DNA of 62,889 bases, the filler included, from Stramenopiles sp. TOSAG23-3 (taxonomy: Eukaryota): the NCBI GenBank assembly GCA_900128585.1. It is 7 parts of 7 records of this genome, joined end to end, with 100 filler letters (N's around TTAATTAATTAA, not from the genome) between each part and the next. Parts side by side here need not be neighbours in the genome. Positions count along the whole stretch, not along the records: positions 1 to 10,173 come from LT642844.1; positions 10,274 to 20,438 come from LT642845.1; 5 more parts are not named here. One strand, given 5' to 3'. This document shows positions 1-11,002 of the stretch, one piece after another. The position numbers and the translations under genes are program-made. The notes beneath the pieces are model-generated. The model was not told where the DNA came from, ran no database searches, and saw only the letters and a program-made list of their open reading frames with translations. Each line of letters opens with the position of its first letter. Within the stretch, counting starts at the first letter, position 1.

Positions 1-81
1 AATATTAAAAATAAAATAATAGAAGAGCTATGCTATGCTGATGCTGGAGCTCTATTAATTCTACTGACACATTTTAATAAA

Positions 82-238
82 AGAAGAAGAAGAAGAAGAA
101 GAAGAAAGAAGAAAGAAGAAGAAAGAAGAAGAAAGAAGAAGAAGAAGAAGAAGAAAGAAGAAAGAAGAAAGAAGAAAGAAGAAGAAGAAGAAGAAGAAAG
201 AAGAAAGAAGAAGAAGAAGAAGAAGAAGAAGAAGGAAA
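82..238 (+). repeat. GAA/GAAA polypurine microsatellite upstream of RPA1
   Basis: Near-pure (GAA)n/(GAAA)n run seen directly. Confidence 0.95.
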
Positions 239-510
239 AAAAAATGTGGATAATAATAATAATAATTGATGTGATGATGTGGTGGTGAGGAGGAGGAAGG
301 TGATTGAAGGATTGTTCGATCATTTTAATCATTGACAATAAATGCACAATAGAAAGGAAGACGTTTGGTGAAGAGGAGGTGGAAAGAAAGAAGAAGAAAC
401 AGGAAAGTACTACGAAATTAGCACGATAGGAAATAAAAACGTTTGAATCTACATTGAGATTGCTTGTGCTGTAGAAAGAACAAAAGTTGAAACGCTGCGG
501 AACCGTAAAC

Positions 511-3500
511 ATGAGTGCCTTGCGGAACGTCGAAGGAGTATCCTTCGAGTTTTACAAGGCGGAGGAAATTGAGAGACTTTCCGTTGTCAACATAAACTCT
601 CCGAGCACATATGACGCCCTCGGCAATAGTGTCCAAGGGGGGCTGTACTCGCACGAAATGGGGCCATCGACCATGTCTTCGCCAAGTTGCCCCACATGCT
701 CGCTGAGCTTTCGTGACTGCCCAGGGCACATGGGTTCCATCAAACTGGCGGTCCCCGTTTGGCAGACGCAACTTTTTCCAGAATTGTACCGTTTGTTGCG
801 CCTAAAATGCTACAACTGCCATAAATTGAGGCATGACAGGTTTACCGTACAGGTTCTCGTGCTTCAGCTAAAATTGATCGACGCGGGGCTAACGTTAAAG
901 GCCTTGGAACTGGTCGATCGGCTGCAGCACCGGGACGGGAATTTTAGTGAGGAAAGCGCGAAAGCCAGGAACGACAGGCAGCAGCTGGTGCTGACTGAGT
1001 TCAAAGCGCTGCTCCGCAAGCAGAGAGCGGCAATTGGCGGGAAACGAACCACCTTGTACATGCACGATCGTGCGACACGGGAAAGGCTTATCAAAGAGTT
1101 CTGGTCCCGGAGTCCTGTGGCGAACCAGCCGTGCAGAAACTGCAAGGCGTACAGCCCAAGCGTCCGCAAAGTTGGACACTTGCAAATGTTTCTGAAGCCC
1201 GTCGGCGGGAAACAGAAACGAGCCAATGACGTGAAAGGAATCTATTTGTCGGAGTTCAATGCGTCGAGCAGAGGCTTTTGCCCCAAGGTGACCAAAGGCA
1301 ATTTTTCGAATTCGTCCGGGTCGGATTCCTCGTCCCAGGGCTCCTCGTCGTCAGGCGATGACAATTCAGAGCCCGATGCCTCCAGCTCCTCGTCAGACGA
1401 AGAAGTTGAAGACGACCGCAATAGTGACGCGCCCAGCGCTGCCCCGTCGAAAGGAGGGGTCTACCTCACGTCGTTGACAACATTGGACCTTCTAGGGAAA
1501 CTCTGGGAGAATGACGGGGACATTTTGAATTTAATTTATTCTGGGGCGACGTACAAATCATTTTTTCTGGAAACTGTTCCTGTAGTTCCATCCCGATTTC
1601 GTCCCCCAGCTGTGATGGGGGACACAACGTATGAGCATCCGCTGAACGTGTCGCTGACTCGTGTCCTGAACGCAAATGAAACGCTCATAAATGCACGAAA
1701 AGAGCAAGCGGTCCTTGAGAAAGAGCAGGAGAGGGGAGAAAACTCGGAGCACATGGCAAGGCGAATGAAGATGACAACCAGACGGATGATGACAGCGTGG
1801 CAAGACCTCCAAGACGGCGTGAACTCCTTGATTGATTCCACGAAAAACGTGAGAGACCGACCCGTCGGCGGGAAAGAGCCCCCGAACGGCTTGAGGCAAG
1901 TACTGGAGAAAAAAGAGGGACTGTTTCGACGTAACATGATGGGCAAACGTGTCAACTATGCGGCCCGCTCTGTTATTTCTCCTGATCTTTACATTGACAC
2001 TAACGAAGTTGGTTTGCCGTTGCGCTTTGCAAAAGGGCTGACATACGCGACAACAGTGACGCAATGGAATGTTGATATGTTGAGACAAGCGGTGCAAAAC
2101 GGGCACGACATCCACCCGGGGGCAAATTTTGTAGAGGATGAATGGGGGCGGAAGACGAACCTTGCCAACATGGATGCCCACCAACGAATGGCAATATCGC
2201 AGACCCTACTTACCAAAACGGCGATGGCGCCCCCGGGCTCTTCGAAAAAGGTGTGGCGCCACATCATAAGTGGCGATGTACTCATTGCCAATCGCCAGCC
2301 AACCCTGCACAAACCTAGTATGATGGCACACGTGGCGCGTGTGCTTCCCAACCCATCGTGGCAGACCATTCGCTTGCACTACGCAAATTGCAACTCCTAC
2401 AACGCTGATTTCGACGGGGATGAAATCAATTTGCATTGCCCTCAAGGTGAACTCGCTCGAGCAGAAGCGTACCACATTGTTCAGGCCTGCCACCAGTACA
2501 TCGTTCCAACGGATGGTTCCCCGCTGCGAGGGCTAATTCAAGACCACGTGGGAGCTGGGGTCAAGTTCACGAAGCGAGATACGTTCATCAAAAAAGACCA
2601 GTACTTTCAACTCCTGGCAACCGTTTCGGAATCGCTGAAAGGCGCTCCAACACATGTTAGGCCGTTGCCCCCAGCAATCATGAAACGGAACAAAGATGGC
2701 CGCATTGAGGAATTGTGGACTGGCAAACAAGTCATCAGCACGCTGTTGACCATGCTCATGTTCGATGAAAATCATCCGGACGACCGGTCAAAAGATTTGC
2801 CAGTGGAATCGTGGCTAAACATGGACGGGAAAGCAAAACTTAACCCTGCTATGGGTTGGGGGAGCGAAATGGAAGAACACATGATCGTGGTGCGCCAAAA
2901 CCAGCTGCTTCGAGGGACACTGGATAAAAGCCAGTTTGGCTCAAGTGCATTTGGTATCGTCCACTGCTTTTTTGAACTGTACGGGTCACGAAAAACATCT
3001 TTGCTTTTGACCGCCTTGGGGCGCCTCTTTACGATGTACCTTCGGCAGGTGGGGGCTTACACGTGCGGCATTGGTGACATGGTGTTGACGCCGGCGGCCG
3101 ATGCCGCAAGGCGAAAGCGAATAAAGGAGTCTGAAAAAGAAGGGATTATGGCCATTGCGAAATGGGCCGACGAACAAGGGCGGGTTCAGAACTCCTCGGG
3201 TGGTAAAAAGGCCTCAAAGAAGGGCTGGAAGAAGAAATTGAAGACCGACGGCGGTATTGAGAGCTTAAAGGAAGCATTGGAAGATGGTGTGCGTTTGAAA
3301 AAGACAGAGGCGATAGATGCTGTGTACAAGAAGGTTACAATGCCAGCAGCCTCGGAAGTGATCAAGAACGCGCTGCCATCTGGTTTGCAACAACCATTTC
3401 CAAAAAATAATCTTTCGCTGATGGTTTTGACGGGAGCCAAAGGCAGTCTCGTCAATCACTCGCAAATATCTTGCTTGTTAGGGCAGCAAGAACTCGAAGG

Positions 3501-6207
3501 TAAACGAGTACCAATCATGCCGTCCGGGAAATCCCTTCCTGCATTTCCTGCGTACGACCCGCGGCCTAGAGCAGGAGGATTTATCACCGATCGCTTTTTG
3601 ACCGGAGTCCGACCTCAGGATTACTATTTTCACTGTATGAGTGGGCGAGAAGGTCTGGTTGACACCGCGGTAAAGACCAGTCGGTCGGGCTATTTGCAGC
3701 GCTGCATTGTTAAACACATGGAAGATTTACAAATCCAATACGATCGAAGCGTTAGAGATGCCGATGGATCGTGCATTCAGTTTCTGTACAGTGCAGATGG
3801 CCTGGATCCAACAAAGGTCTCTTTCTTAACCGGGGAAGATAAGCAAATGGATTTCGTCACAAAAAACGCGACGGGCCTGATTCGAAAACATGCTCCTGGC
3901 GGTCTCAGCACAGTTGGTGAAAAGCTCGCAAGGCGTTTGCACAGTAGTTTAGAAAACGCGACCAAACCGGGGACAAAAACATTCAAGCAAGGGGATGTCG
4001 TTGAAGTGAAACGGACCAAATTGAGTGAGCACGGAAAAAAAAGTGACAGGTGGGGGAAGAAGAGTATTGTTAAAGGTTGGTTTGCGGCGCGCGTGGTGAA
4101 GTGTCGAGGGGGTGAATTGTATGACGTTGAATACCTGGATACCCGCATGGGGGACAAAGTTAAAGTTGAAGTGCAGCGCGGGAGTAGCAAGAAAACTATC
4201 AAAGCAATAGTAATGCGAAAAACAACACAATTCACGTACGTCGCGCGCCCCAACGATTCTTCAAACGATGCTTCGAGTGAGTTTGTTTTCGATGCCGATG
4301 AGCTTGTAGAAGGACACATCGAGAAAAAGGTCCCGAGATGCGTAGCAGATACTTGGGAAAATCCAAAAACAAAAGTGACGGGCGAGCGACCATTGATTCG
4401 GCCTGGAAACATAGATCCTCCGATAAGCGGAGCGATGAGTCTCGACAACCATTTGGGTGCAATTAGTGAAAAAATGCACCAATCGATCAAAGAATATTGT
4501 GAAAAGAATGGCAAATCTCTGGAAGAGAACGAGTTGTCTAAAGAGCAAATGGAGCTCTTGATTTGGATGATGAGCATGCGCTCTATGGCGGATCCGGGAG
4601 AGGCTGTAGGGTGTATTGCTGCCCAATCCGTTGGAGAACCGAGTACACAAATGACGCTTAATACGTTTCATTTGGCGGGGACCGGCATGGCAAACGTAAC
4701 CCTCGGAATACCACGATTGCGAGAACTTGTTATGTCAGCGTCTGCTGACTTAAAAACTCCAATAATGAACCTGCCTGTTTCGAAGCGAAACAACGATGCG
4801 GAAGAGGAAGGCAATGCCGAAGGGCTTTCGGGGAAGCTACGGCGAGTGTCTCTTGACGAATTATTGGACCCTTTGAATGCGATAACTGTGACTGAGTGTG
4901 TGGCATATGATGAACTTGTAGAGAAGGCCCAAAGAGAGTACCGCATTAGGCTCACATTTGCTGATTTGAAAGCCGTCAAAAAGCATTTCAACGTCACGAT
5001 GAGAGATATTTCGGGTGCTGCACGGTCGTACTTGCTGCGCGCTATCATTCGTGAATGTAAAAATTTGTTGAAGCGCACTGCTGCGGGCGTCCTCACGTCA
5101 AGCGTTGTTGGGGGCTCGAACCGACGCAATTCAGACGATTCCGAAGATGTAAACAAGGAAAAGTCCATCTTGGCAGAGAAACGTAACCGCGCCGATAGTA
5201 TTGCAGAAGAGCCCGTCTATTTGGAAGAAATGGGTGATGTGAACAGCAGCGACCTTGACGACGACAGCACCGATGAAGACAAAGCCAAAGATAAGCCAGA
5301 GTCTTCCAAGCGTACGAGTAAAAAAAGAGGCACCAATCACGGCCAGCCCCAATGGGAAGGTATTCCGGCAGACGTAATGAAAAGTCCATACTTCTCGGAT
5401 TTCAAAGTAGTCAATAACCATATCGACATTGTCTTCAGCATGCCCGTCGTTGCTAAGAAGCTCTTGATGTTGGCAATTGTGGAAGATTCTGTAAAAAATG
5501 TTTTTGTTCAAGAAACTCCTGGGATTAAAAATGCATTTCCGTTGTACAATAAACAGAACAAAGAGTGGACTGTGCAGACGGAAGGGGTTAATTTTGAAGC
5601 AATATGGCAGTTGCCTGAACGTGACGATTTAATCGATGTCAACCACTTACGAACAAACGACGTTGCTGCCGTTGCACGCGTGTACGGAGCAGAAGCTGGC
5701 CGAAAGTGTTTGATTGATCAGATTCTAGCCGTATTCGGGGTCTATGGAATTACCATTGATTCGCGGCACCTGTGCCTGATTGCGGATTACATGTTTCACA
5801 CTGGTAAATATGTTGGAATGAACCGCGTAGGCATACGGACTACCAAAGCCACGTCCCCGTTTCAGAAGATGAGTTTTGAGACATGCGCCAGCTTTTTGAC
5901 GGCGTCAACTGTTGCGGGTGATACCGACAAACTGACCAGTCCTTCTTCCCGCATCGTTGTTGGGAGGGTTGCTGGAACTGGAACCGGGACGTGTGATGTT
6001 CTTGTCGACTACGAACGCATGGGTGAATTGGGGAATCTGGCGGCCCAGGCTTCTGCCACGACGCTTGAAACAGCCCGTTCAACTTCTCTTAATTCCAGCA
6101 AAGGTACTGCCACTTCGGCAATTAAGGCGGTTAAGAAGCCAAAGAAGGCAAAGAAGGAAAAGAAGGAAAAGAAAGCAAAGAAAGAAAAGAAAAAATACGC
6201 GGATTAA
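511..6207 (+). CDS. RPA1: DNA-directed RNA polymerase I largest subunit (A190), intronless
   Basis: Catalytic YNADFDGDE, Zn-binding CPTC..CPGHMG, KKEGLFRRNMMGKRVN, RQPTLHKPS, EGLVDTAVKTSRSGYLQR and GEPSTQMTLNTFH motifs. Pol I-type LLGQQELEG(K)RVP, no CTD heptads. First ATG at 511 (the ORF track starts at TTG 487). Confidence 0.97.
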   Translation: MSALRNVEGVSFEFYKAEEIERLSVVNINSPSTYDALGNSVQGGLYSHEMGPSTMSSPSCPTCSLSFRDCPGHMGSIKLAVPVWQTQLFPELYRLLRLKCYNCHKLRHDRFTVQVLVLQLKLIDAGLTLKALELVDRLQHRDGNFSEESAKARNDRQQLVLTEFKALLRKQRAAIGGKRTTLYMHDRATRERLIKEFWSRSPVANQPCRNCKAYSPSVRKVGHLQMFLKPVGGKQKRANDVKGIYLSEFNASSRGFCPKVTKGNFSNSSGSDSSSQGSSSSGDDNSEPDASSSSSDEEVEDDRNSDAPSAAPSKGGVYLTSLTTLDLLGKLWENDGDILNLIYSGATYKSFFLETVPVVPSRFRPPAVMGDTTYEHPLNVSLTRVLNANETLINARKEQAVLEKEQERGENSEHMARRMKMTTRRMMTAWQDLQDGVNSLIDSTKNVRDRPVGGKEPPNGLRQVLEKKEGLFRRNMMGKRVNYAARSVISPDLYIDTNEVGLPLRFAKGLTYATTVTQWNVDMLRQAVQNGHDIHPGANFVEDEWGRKTNLANMDAHQRMAISQTLLTKTAMAPPGSSKKVWRHIISGDVLIANRQPTLHKPSMMAHVARVLPNPSWQTIRLHYANCNSYNADFDGDEINLHCPQGELARAEAYHIVQACHQYIVPTDGSPLRGLIQDHVGAGVKFTKRDTFIKKDQYFQLLATVSESLKGAPTHVRPLPPAIMKRNKDGRIEELWTGKQVISTLLTMLMFDENHPDDRSKDLPVESWLNMDGKAKLNPAMGWGSEMEEHMIVVRQNQLLRGTLDKSQFGSSAFGIVHCFFELYGSRKTSLLLTALGRLFTMYLRQVGAYTCGIGDMVLTPAADAARRKRIKESEKEGIMAIAKWADEQGRVQNSSGGKKASKKGWKKKLKTDGGIESLKEALEDGVRLKKTEAIDAVYKKVTMPAASEVIKNALPSGLQQPFPKNNLSLMVLTGAKGSLVNHSQISCLLGQQELEGKRVPIMPSGKSLPAFPAYDPRPRAGGFITDRFLTGVRPQDYYFHCMSGREGLVDTAVKTSRSGYLQRCIVKHMEDLQIQYDRSVRDADGSCIQFLYSADGLDPTKVSFLTGEDKQMDFVTKNATGLIRKHAPGGLSTVGEKLARRLHSSLENATKPGTKTFKQGDVVEVKRTKLSEHGKKSDRWGKKSIVKGWFAARVVKCRGGELYDVEYLDTRMGDKVKVEVQRGSSKKTIKAIVMRKTTQFTYVARPNDSSNDASSEFVFDADELVEGHIEKKVPRCVADTWENPKTKVTGERPLIRPGNIDPPISGAMSLDNHLGAISEKMHQSIKEYCEKNGKSLEENELSKEQMELLIWMMSMRSMADPGEAVGCIAAQSVGEPSTQMTLNTFHLAGTGMANVTLGIPRLRELVMSASADLKTPIMNLPVSKRNNDAEEEGNAEGLSGKLRRVSLDELLDPLNAITVTECVAYDELVEKAQREYRIRLTFADLKAVKKHFNVTMRDISGAARSYLLRAIIRECKNLLKRTAAGVLTSSVVGGSNRRNSDDSEDVNKEKSILAEKRNRADSIAEEPVYLEEMGDVNSSDLDDDSTDEDKAKDKPESSKRTSKKRGTNHGQPQWEGIPADVMKSPYFSDFKVVNNHIDIVFSMPVVAKKLLMLAIVEDSVKNVFVQETPGIKNAFPLYNKQNKEWTVQTEGVNFEAIWQLPERDDLIDVNHLRTNDVAAVARVYGAEAGRKCLIDQILAVFGVYGITIDSRHLCLIADYMFHTGKYVGMNRVGIRTTKATSPFQKMSFETCASFLTASTVAGDTDKLTSPSSRIVVGRVAGTGTGTCDVLVDYERMGELGNLAAQASATTLETARSTSLNSSKGTATSAIKAVKKPKKAKKEKKEKKAKKEKKKYAD

Positions 6208-6272
6208 AAAAAAATACGCTCGCTTTTGGTGCCGAAATTTCATAAAATTAACACTTTTAATATGATATTGAT

Positions 6273-6390
6273 AAAAACAAGAAAATTGGCTGTTATTTAA
6301 GTAAATTAAATTTAGCTTCCTCATACCATATATAATAAAAACAATTAGCGTCCTCATACCCTAATCCTAACTTGGTTCCGTAGTTTTGTT
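6273..6390 (+). repeat. 3'-flank hairpin element family A, long copy with an internal partial duplication
   Basis: AAAAACAAGAAAATTGGCTGTTATTTAAGTAAATTAAATTTAGCTTCCTCATACC...CCCTAATCCTAACTTGGTTCCGTAGTTTTG; matches about a dozen other copies in the window. Confidence 0.9.
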
Positions 6391-6548
6391 TCATTGAGTA
6401 AGATAATTAAAATATTTAATTTGATTTAATTCTTTTTCAAAAATGTTTGTGCTTTTAAATTTAAAAACAAAATACACTGGCTGTTATTTTTTTAAGTACA
6501 TGCGTGATTTAAATTTATCATCTTCATGTATCATACCGCGAAATGCTT

Positions 6549-7823
6549 TTATAAGAGGAATAACTCCGATTTTCGACGGCTGGACTTACCATTTTCTTCG
6601 CTGCTTGTGTTCAATTGAACCGCCTCTTCATTTGGCGGTGCGATAATCGTAGTGTTTCGTCTAACCTTGGTGTGCGTGGATCTTTTATTTTGCCTAATTT
6701 TAATTTTTAGAGTGTTGTCTCCCAAGGTAATAGCCCCTGTATTGCTTCTGTCGCAAAGATACTGTGCTTCTGTGTGACTCCCAAAAGTAACCGATGCCCT
6801 TGACCCACGTTTTATAATTTTCAGGACATTGAAATTTTTCAACAATGTGTAAAGTGAAGCGTCCGTAAGATGTTCAGGTATATTTCGAATGTAGACACCT
6901 GTTTCTTTCGAGTCTAACAATAACGTTGTGCCGTCTTCGTTTCGAGAGAACAATATTTTGTCTCTGTCGAACGGCACGGACAGGTCCAAAGGTTTGGGCT
7001 TGCCGCCTTCGGACTTGGTAGGCCTATCAGACTCGACTGGGGTGGTGACTGGGGTGGTGCTTGGGACGGTCGGCTTTGTGGCTACTACGGCAGAGGCGGG
7101 CGCCGAGTCTTCCAAATGCTCGTCCCTTTGCTCTCCTGGTGTTGCCGCCTTTCTCTTCTCTTGCTTTGTGCGATTAAAAGGCATGTCTTCTAAGATATGT
7201 TCTTCGTTCGTGCGTTTAATAATCGCCAAATCTTTTAACAGTTGGTCCCTTTCTAATTTCAATTTATCCCGTTCCATCCGCAATTGGATTTTGTGAAACT
7301 CTTCTTCAGCCAACTGCGAACGCACAATTTCTAACGTGGAACTCAAATTCCCTATTAACTCCTCCATCTTATGCAACTGTCTTTTTGTTTCGGGCGTATC
7401 CTCAGCTTTCCCGGCCTTTGAAATGGTACGAAACGCTTCCGTGGTGAGAAAAAGTTCGCGCTTTAGACTGCCGTGGATCCTCGTGTAAGATTCTTCCGTT
7501 TCTTTGAAACGCAAAGTTTCAACTTTGTTTATCTGTCTCTCTATTGCAACTTGCTCTGTTAGCTCACTGACCTGCTCTTCGTATTGCATACAAGCGTCGA
7601 GCAACGCATTTTCTGCTGTTTCTAATTCCTGCTTATAAAACTCTAATTTCTGTGTGGTCGTGATGCTTTTGTGGGGAGGTGGTGGGACATTAGAGTTAGA
7701 ATGGTTCGCCGAGTACCGTGGATGATGGTGTATTCCCAGGGCGTCTTCGAACTGCTCATCCCCGGAAGAGTTGGTGTTGTAGACCTCTTCCTCGTTTATG
7801 TCAGCAAACCCGTTGGCCAACAT
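6549..7823 (-). CDS. Coiled-coil protein with C-terminal RRM
   Basis: 424-aa ATG ORF with an E/L/K-rich helical N-half. C-terminal GVYIRNIPEHLTDASLYTLL (RNP2-like) and RASVTF (RNP1-like). Confidence 0.75.
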   Translation of the reverse strand: MLANGFADINEEEVYNTNSSGDEQFEDALGIHHHPRYSANHSNSNVPPPPHKSITTTQKLEFYKQELETAENALLDACMQYEEQVSELTEQVAIERQINKVETLRFKETEESYTRIHGSLKRELFLTTEAFRTISKAGKAEDTPETKRQLHKMEELIGNLSSTLEIVRSQLAEEEFHKIQLRMERDKLKLERDQLLKDLAIIKRTNEEHILEDMPFNRTKQEKRKAATPGEQRDEHLEDSAPASAVVATKPTVPSTTPVTTPVESDRPTKSEGGKPKPLDLSVPFDRDKILFSRNEDGTTLLLDSKETGVYIRNIPEHLTDASLYTLLKNFNVLKIIKRGSRASVTFGSHTEAQYLCDRSNTGAITLGDNTLKIKIRQNKRSTHTKVRRNTTIIAPPNEEAVQLNTSSEENGKSSRRKSELFLL

Positions 7824-8845
7824 GTTTGGTGACAGCTATGAGGAGCTACAGTGCAGTTTCCCCCTGCCCTCTGCCTTGCGTCGCGGTTGCGTTATGTTTG
7901 ACGTTGCTGATGGGTAATTTAGGCTTTTGCCATACATCATTGAGTTTGAAATTGTTGTATAGGTGCCTCAGGNNNNNNNNNNNNAATAATAATAAAGCTG
8001 CTTGCTCATATTTTCAGTTATTATTTTTATGATAATACCATGGTAATACCATGGTATTATACTGTAATACGGTACCTGGGTGCGTTCCGTTCCCGAATTC
8101 CTGCTTGCTTTCTTCTTGTACGGTACTGTATGTTGCAGTCGTCTTCTTCATGATCATCTAAACTCCTAAATCCAAAATTGCATGATTTTTTATTTTGGAT
8201 AGGTTTATTTTAAGTACTATATATTTATAGTCTCTGTAATTTTTAAAATGTGTCAAACAACCAATAAGAGCATACTGTAGAATTTAACAAAACAACAAAG
8301 TAATAGCAAAGAGACAAGAGAGATTTTATTCAATATAGATAGGTATAGCGAAGAGAAAGGGATGATTGGTGGTTATAGGCTTTTGCTTCCATGATCACAC
8401 ATCACACAATTCAGTATTAATTCTTGTAAAGCAAAATCCTAAAAGTGTCAGTCTTGTTGTCAATAGGGTTTATTTTTATTCCATCTTATACACCTGTTAT
8501 TAATATTACTTGAGAGTTCAAAATAATAATAATTTTTTTTTTATTTTTCGTCCCTCCTTCCTTCTTCTTCTTCCTATTCCTAAGAAAAATAATAAGAAGA
8601 ATTAAAAAATAATAATAATAATAACATTATTATTAAAAAAAATTATTATTGAGAGAAAGAAATGAATCAAATTTATTGTTTACTGCTGTGGGAGATAGTA
8701 GATACAGATACGTAAGAGTCTTATTCAAAGAAAGTAATGATCCCACCCTTCATTAAACGAATCAGCTGCACGTTCACATATACTGCTTGAGTATCTGATT
8801 GTAGTTTTCTGTTTTGTTCACCACATACGCCCTTGCGACAACAGA

Positions 8846-9865
8846 ATGTCAATTTCCCGTGTTTATGCTGACGTAAACGCCAACCGGCCACGAGAGTACT
8901 GGTACTATGAAGGTTTGAAGGTTACTTGGGGGAACCAAGATTGTTACGAGGTTATCCGCAAGATCGGTCGTGGAAAGTACTCAGAAGTATTTGATGGGGT
9001 TAATGCGGAGAATGGTAATGAACGGTGTGTTGTGAAAATCTTGAAGCCAGTGAAGAAGAAGAAGATCAAGCGAGAAATTAAGATTTTGCAAAATTTGTGT
9101 GGTGGCCCCAATATAATCACTCTGTTGGATATAGTCCGAGATCCGCAGAGCAAAACCCCAAGTTTGATTTTCGAACATGTCAACAACACCGACTTCAAAG
9201 TGTTGTTCCCCACCCTCACCGACTACGACATCCGGTATTACATTCTTGAACTCTTAAAAGCGTTAGACTTCTGCCACTCCCAAGGTATTATGCACCGGGA
9301 CGTCAAGCCTCACAACGTAATGATCGACCACGCGCAGCGAAAGCTTCGCTTGATTGACTGGGGGTTGGCAGAGTTTTACCATGCTGGCCGCGAGTACAAC
9401 GTTCGTGTCGCATCGCGGTATTTCAAAGGCCCGGAGCTTCTAGTAGACTTGCAAGATTACGATTACTCCTTGGATATGTGGAGTCTAGGCTGTATGTTCG
9501 CCGGTATGATCTTTCGTCGCGAACCGTTTTTTCACGGGCACGACAACTACGATCAGTTGGTGAAGATTGCCAAGGTCCTTGGGACAGACAACTTGAAGGC
9601 ATATTTGGAAAAATACGAATTAGAACTGGACCCACAATTTGAAGGCCTGCTTGGCCGACATACTAGGAAGCCATGGAGTAAATTCATCAACAGCGAAAAC
9701 ACCCACTTGGTGAACCCAGAAGCACTTGAGTTTTTGGACAATTTACTGCGCTACGACCATGCGGAACGGGTCACTGCCAAGAATGCCCAGAACTTCGATT
9801 ACTTCAAGCCGATCCGAGAAGAGCAAGCCTCCACCGCGGCTGGGAAAGGAGAGGGAAAAGCATAA
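8846..9865 (+). CDS. CSNK2A: Casein kinase II catalytic subunit alpha
   Basis: [42 protein letters not shown] and [16 protein letters not shown] are diagnostic CK2 alpha motifs. Confidence 0.98.
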   Translation: MSISRVYADVNANRPREYWYYEGLKVTWGNQDCYEVIRKIGRGKYSEVFDGVNAENGNERCVVKILKPVKKKKIKREIKILQNLCGGPNIITLLDIVRDPQSKTPSLIFEHVNNTDFKVLFPTLTDYDIRYYILELLKALDFCHSQGIMHRDVKPHNVMIDHAQRKLRLIDWGLAEFYHAGREYNVRVASRYFKGPELLVDLQDYDYSLDMWSLGCMFAGMIFRREPFFHGHDNYDQLVKIAKVLGTDNLKAYLEKYELELDPQFEGLLGRHTRKPWSKFINSENTHLVNPEALEFLDNLLRYDHAERVTAKNAQNFDYFKPIREEQASTAAGKGEGKA

Positions 9866-10173
9866 GATGCTCCTCCTCGTGTGACGGGCGGTAAAATGAA
9901 GTTGTCGGTTACTGGTTCGTCCTGCAAGAAAATGCCCCCGGTCAAAATGCAAAAAAAGTAAGATCATACCGCCTCATTTTAATATATGAAATGGTTTTGT
10001 TTACTTTGAAACCAGAAGAAGGTTTTATATAGTTACTAATTATTTTTTATATGATATTATTTTTTATTTTGTTTTTTGTTGTGTTGTGTTGTGTTGTTTA
10101 TATTGCCGTGTCTACTTCTACAGCTAGCTGCTATAATACCGTAAGGAATTTGGTCTTGAGAAGAAAGGTATAA

Positions 10174-10273
10174 NNNNNNNNNNNNNNNNNNNNNNNNNNN
10201 NNNNNNNNNNNNNNNNNTTAATTAATTAANNNNNNNNNNNNNNNNNNNNNNNNNNNNNNNNNNNNNNNNNNNN
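10174..10273. other. Artificial scaffold linker (44N-TTAATTAATTAA-44N); identical linkers at 20439-20538, 30643-30742, 40841-40940, 51031-51130 and 61218-61317
   Basis: The same 100-bp spacer with stops in all six frames occurs six times, and the intervening scaffolds decrease monotonically in length. Confidence 0.98.
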
Positions 10274-10480
10274 GGCCCTGCTTACTACGCTTTCTATTGT
10301 AGGGGATGCCCCCACGATGCCCGCTTCCTCCGTGTACTGTTTTTCCTTGCTACCAGCGTCAAGCCTATTTGGAGTGCTGCCAATTGCTGGCAACACCGTT
10401 TGCCTCTCGAGGCCATCTACAACTTTCTTCCTCTTCTTCCTTCGACGTGGTAAAGACACAGACGGTCGACCTCTATACAT
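10274..10480 (-). CDS. Possible 5' part of a hypothetical gene truncated by the scaffold end
   Basis: Coding-like GC content, open from ATG 10480 to the scaffold edge; basic NLS-like PRRRKKRKK. Confidence 0.35.
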
Positions 10481-10639
10481 GTGTTCTAATAAATCTGCGT
10501 CGGGATATGGGATTCGGTGATGACGAGGCCATCTACAACTTCCTTCCTCTTCTTCCTTCGACGTGGTAAAGACACAGACGGTCGACCTATATACATGTGT
10601 TCTAATAAATCTGCGTCGGGATATGGGATTCGGTGATGA
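10408..10639. repeat. Direct tandem duplication, 2 x 116 bp with 2 mismatches
   Basis: CGAGGCCATCTACAACTT...GGATTCGGTGATGA starts at both 10408 and 10524. Confidence 0.95.
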
Positions 10640-11002
10640 ATTCCGAATGCGTTTCCTTTCAAACTAGCATGACTGCCGGTCGGTAATTAGCTTGTACATT
10701 ACATAGTTCTATTTCTTCAAAATTCAAAAGTTGGAAAAATCTGATGATGATGATTATTACATTACTGTCTNNNNNNNNNNNNNNNNNNNNNNNNNNNNNN
10801 NNNNNNNNNNNNNNNNNNNNNNNNNNNNNNNNNNNNNNNNNNNNNNNNNNNNNNNNNNNNNNNNNNNNNNNNNNNNNNNNNNNNNNNNNNNNNNNNNNNN
10901 NNNNNNNNNNNNNNNNNNNNNNNNNNNCACTATAATAATACATTTGAGAAGAAGAAGAAGAAGAAAAAAAAGCAAGGAAGAAGTGAAATAATAATAATAG
11001 TC

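Noticed and set aside
33-512. Phe/Leu/Ser-rich ORFs (also 38221-38649, 40889-41311, 61553-61753, 33592-33975)
   Set aside because: Translations of GAA/CTT microsatellites, which lack stops by composition.
8897-8911. CK2 alpha reads EYWYYE instead of the usual EYWDYE
   Set aside because: A single-base difference that cannot be told from a sequencing error or private variant.
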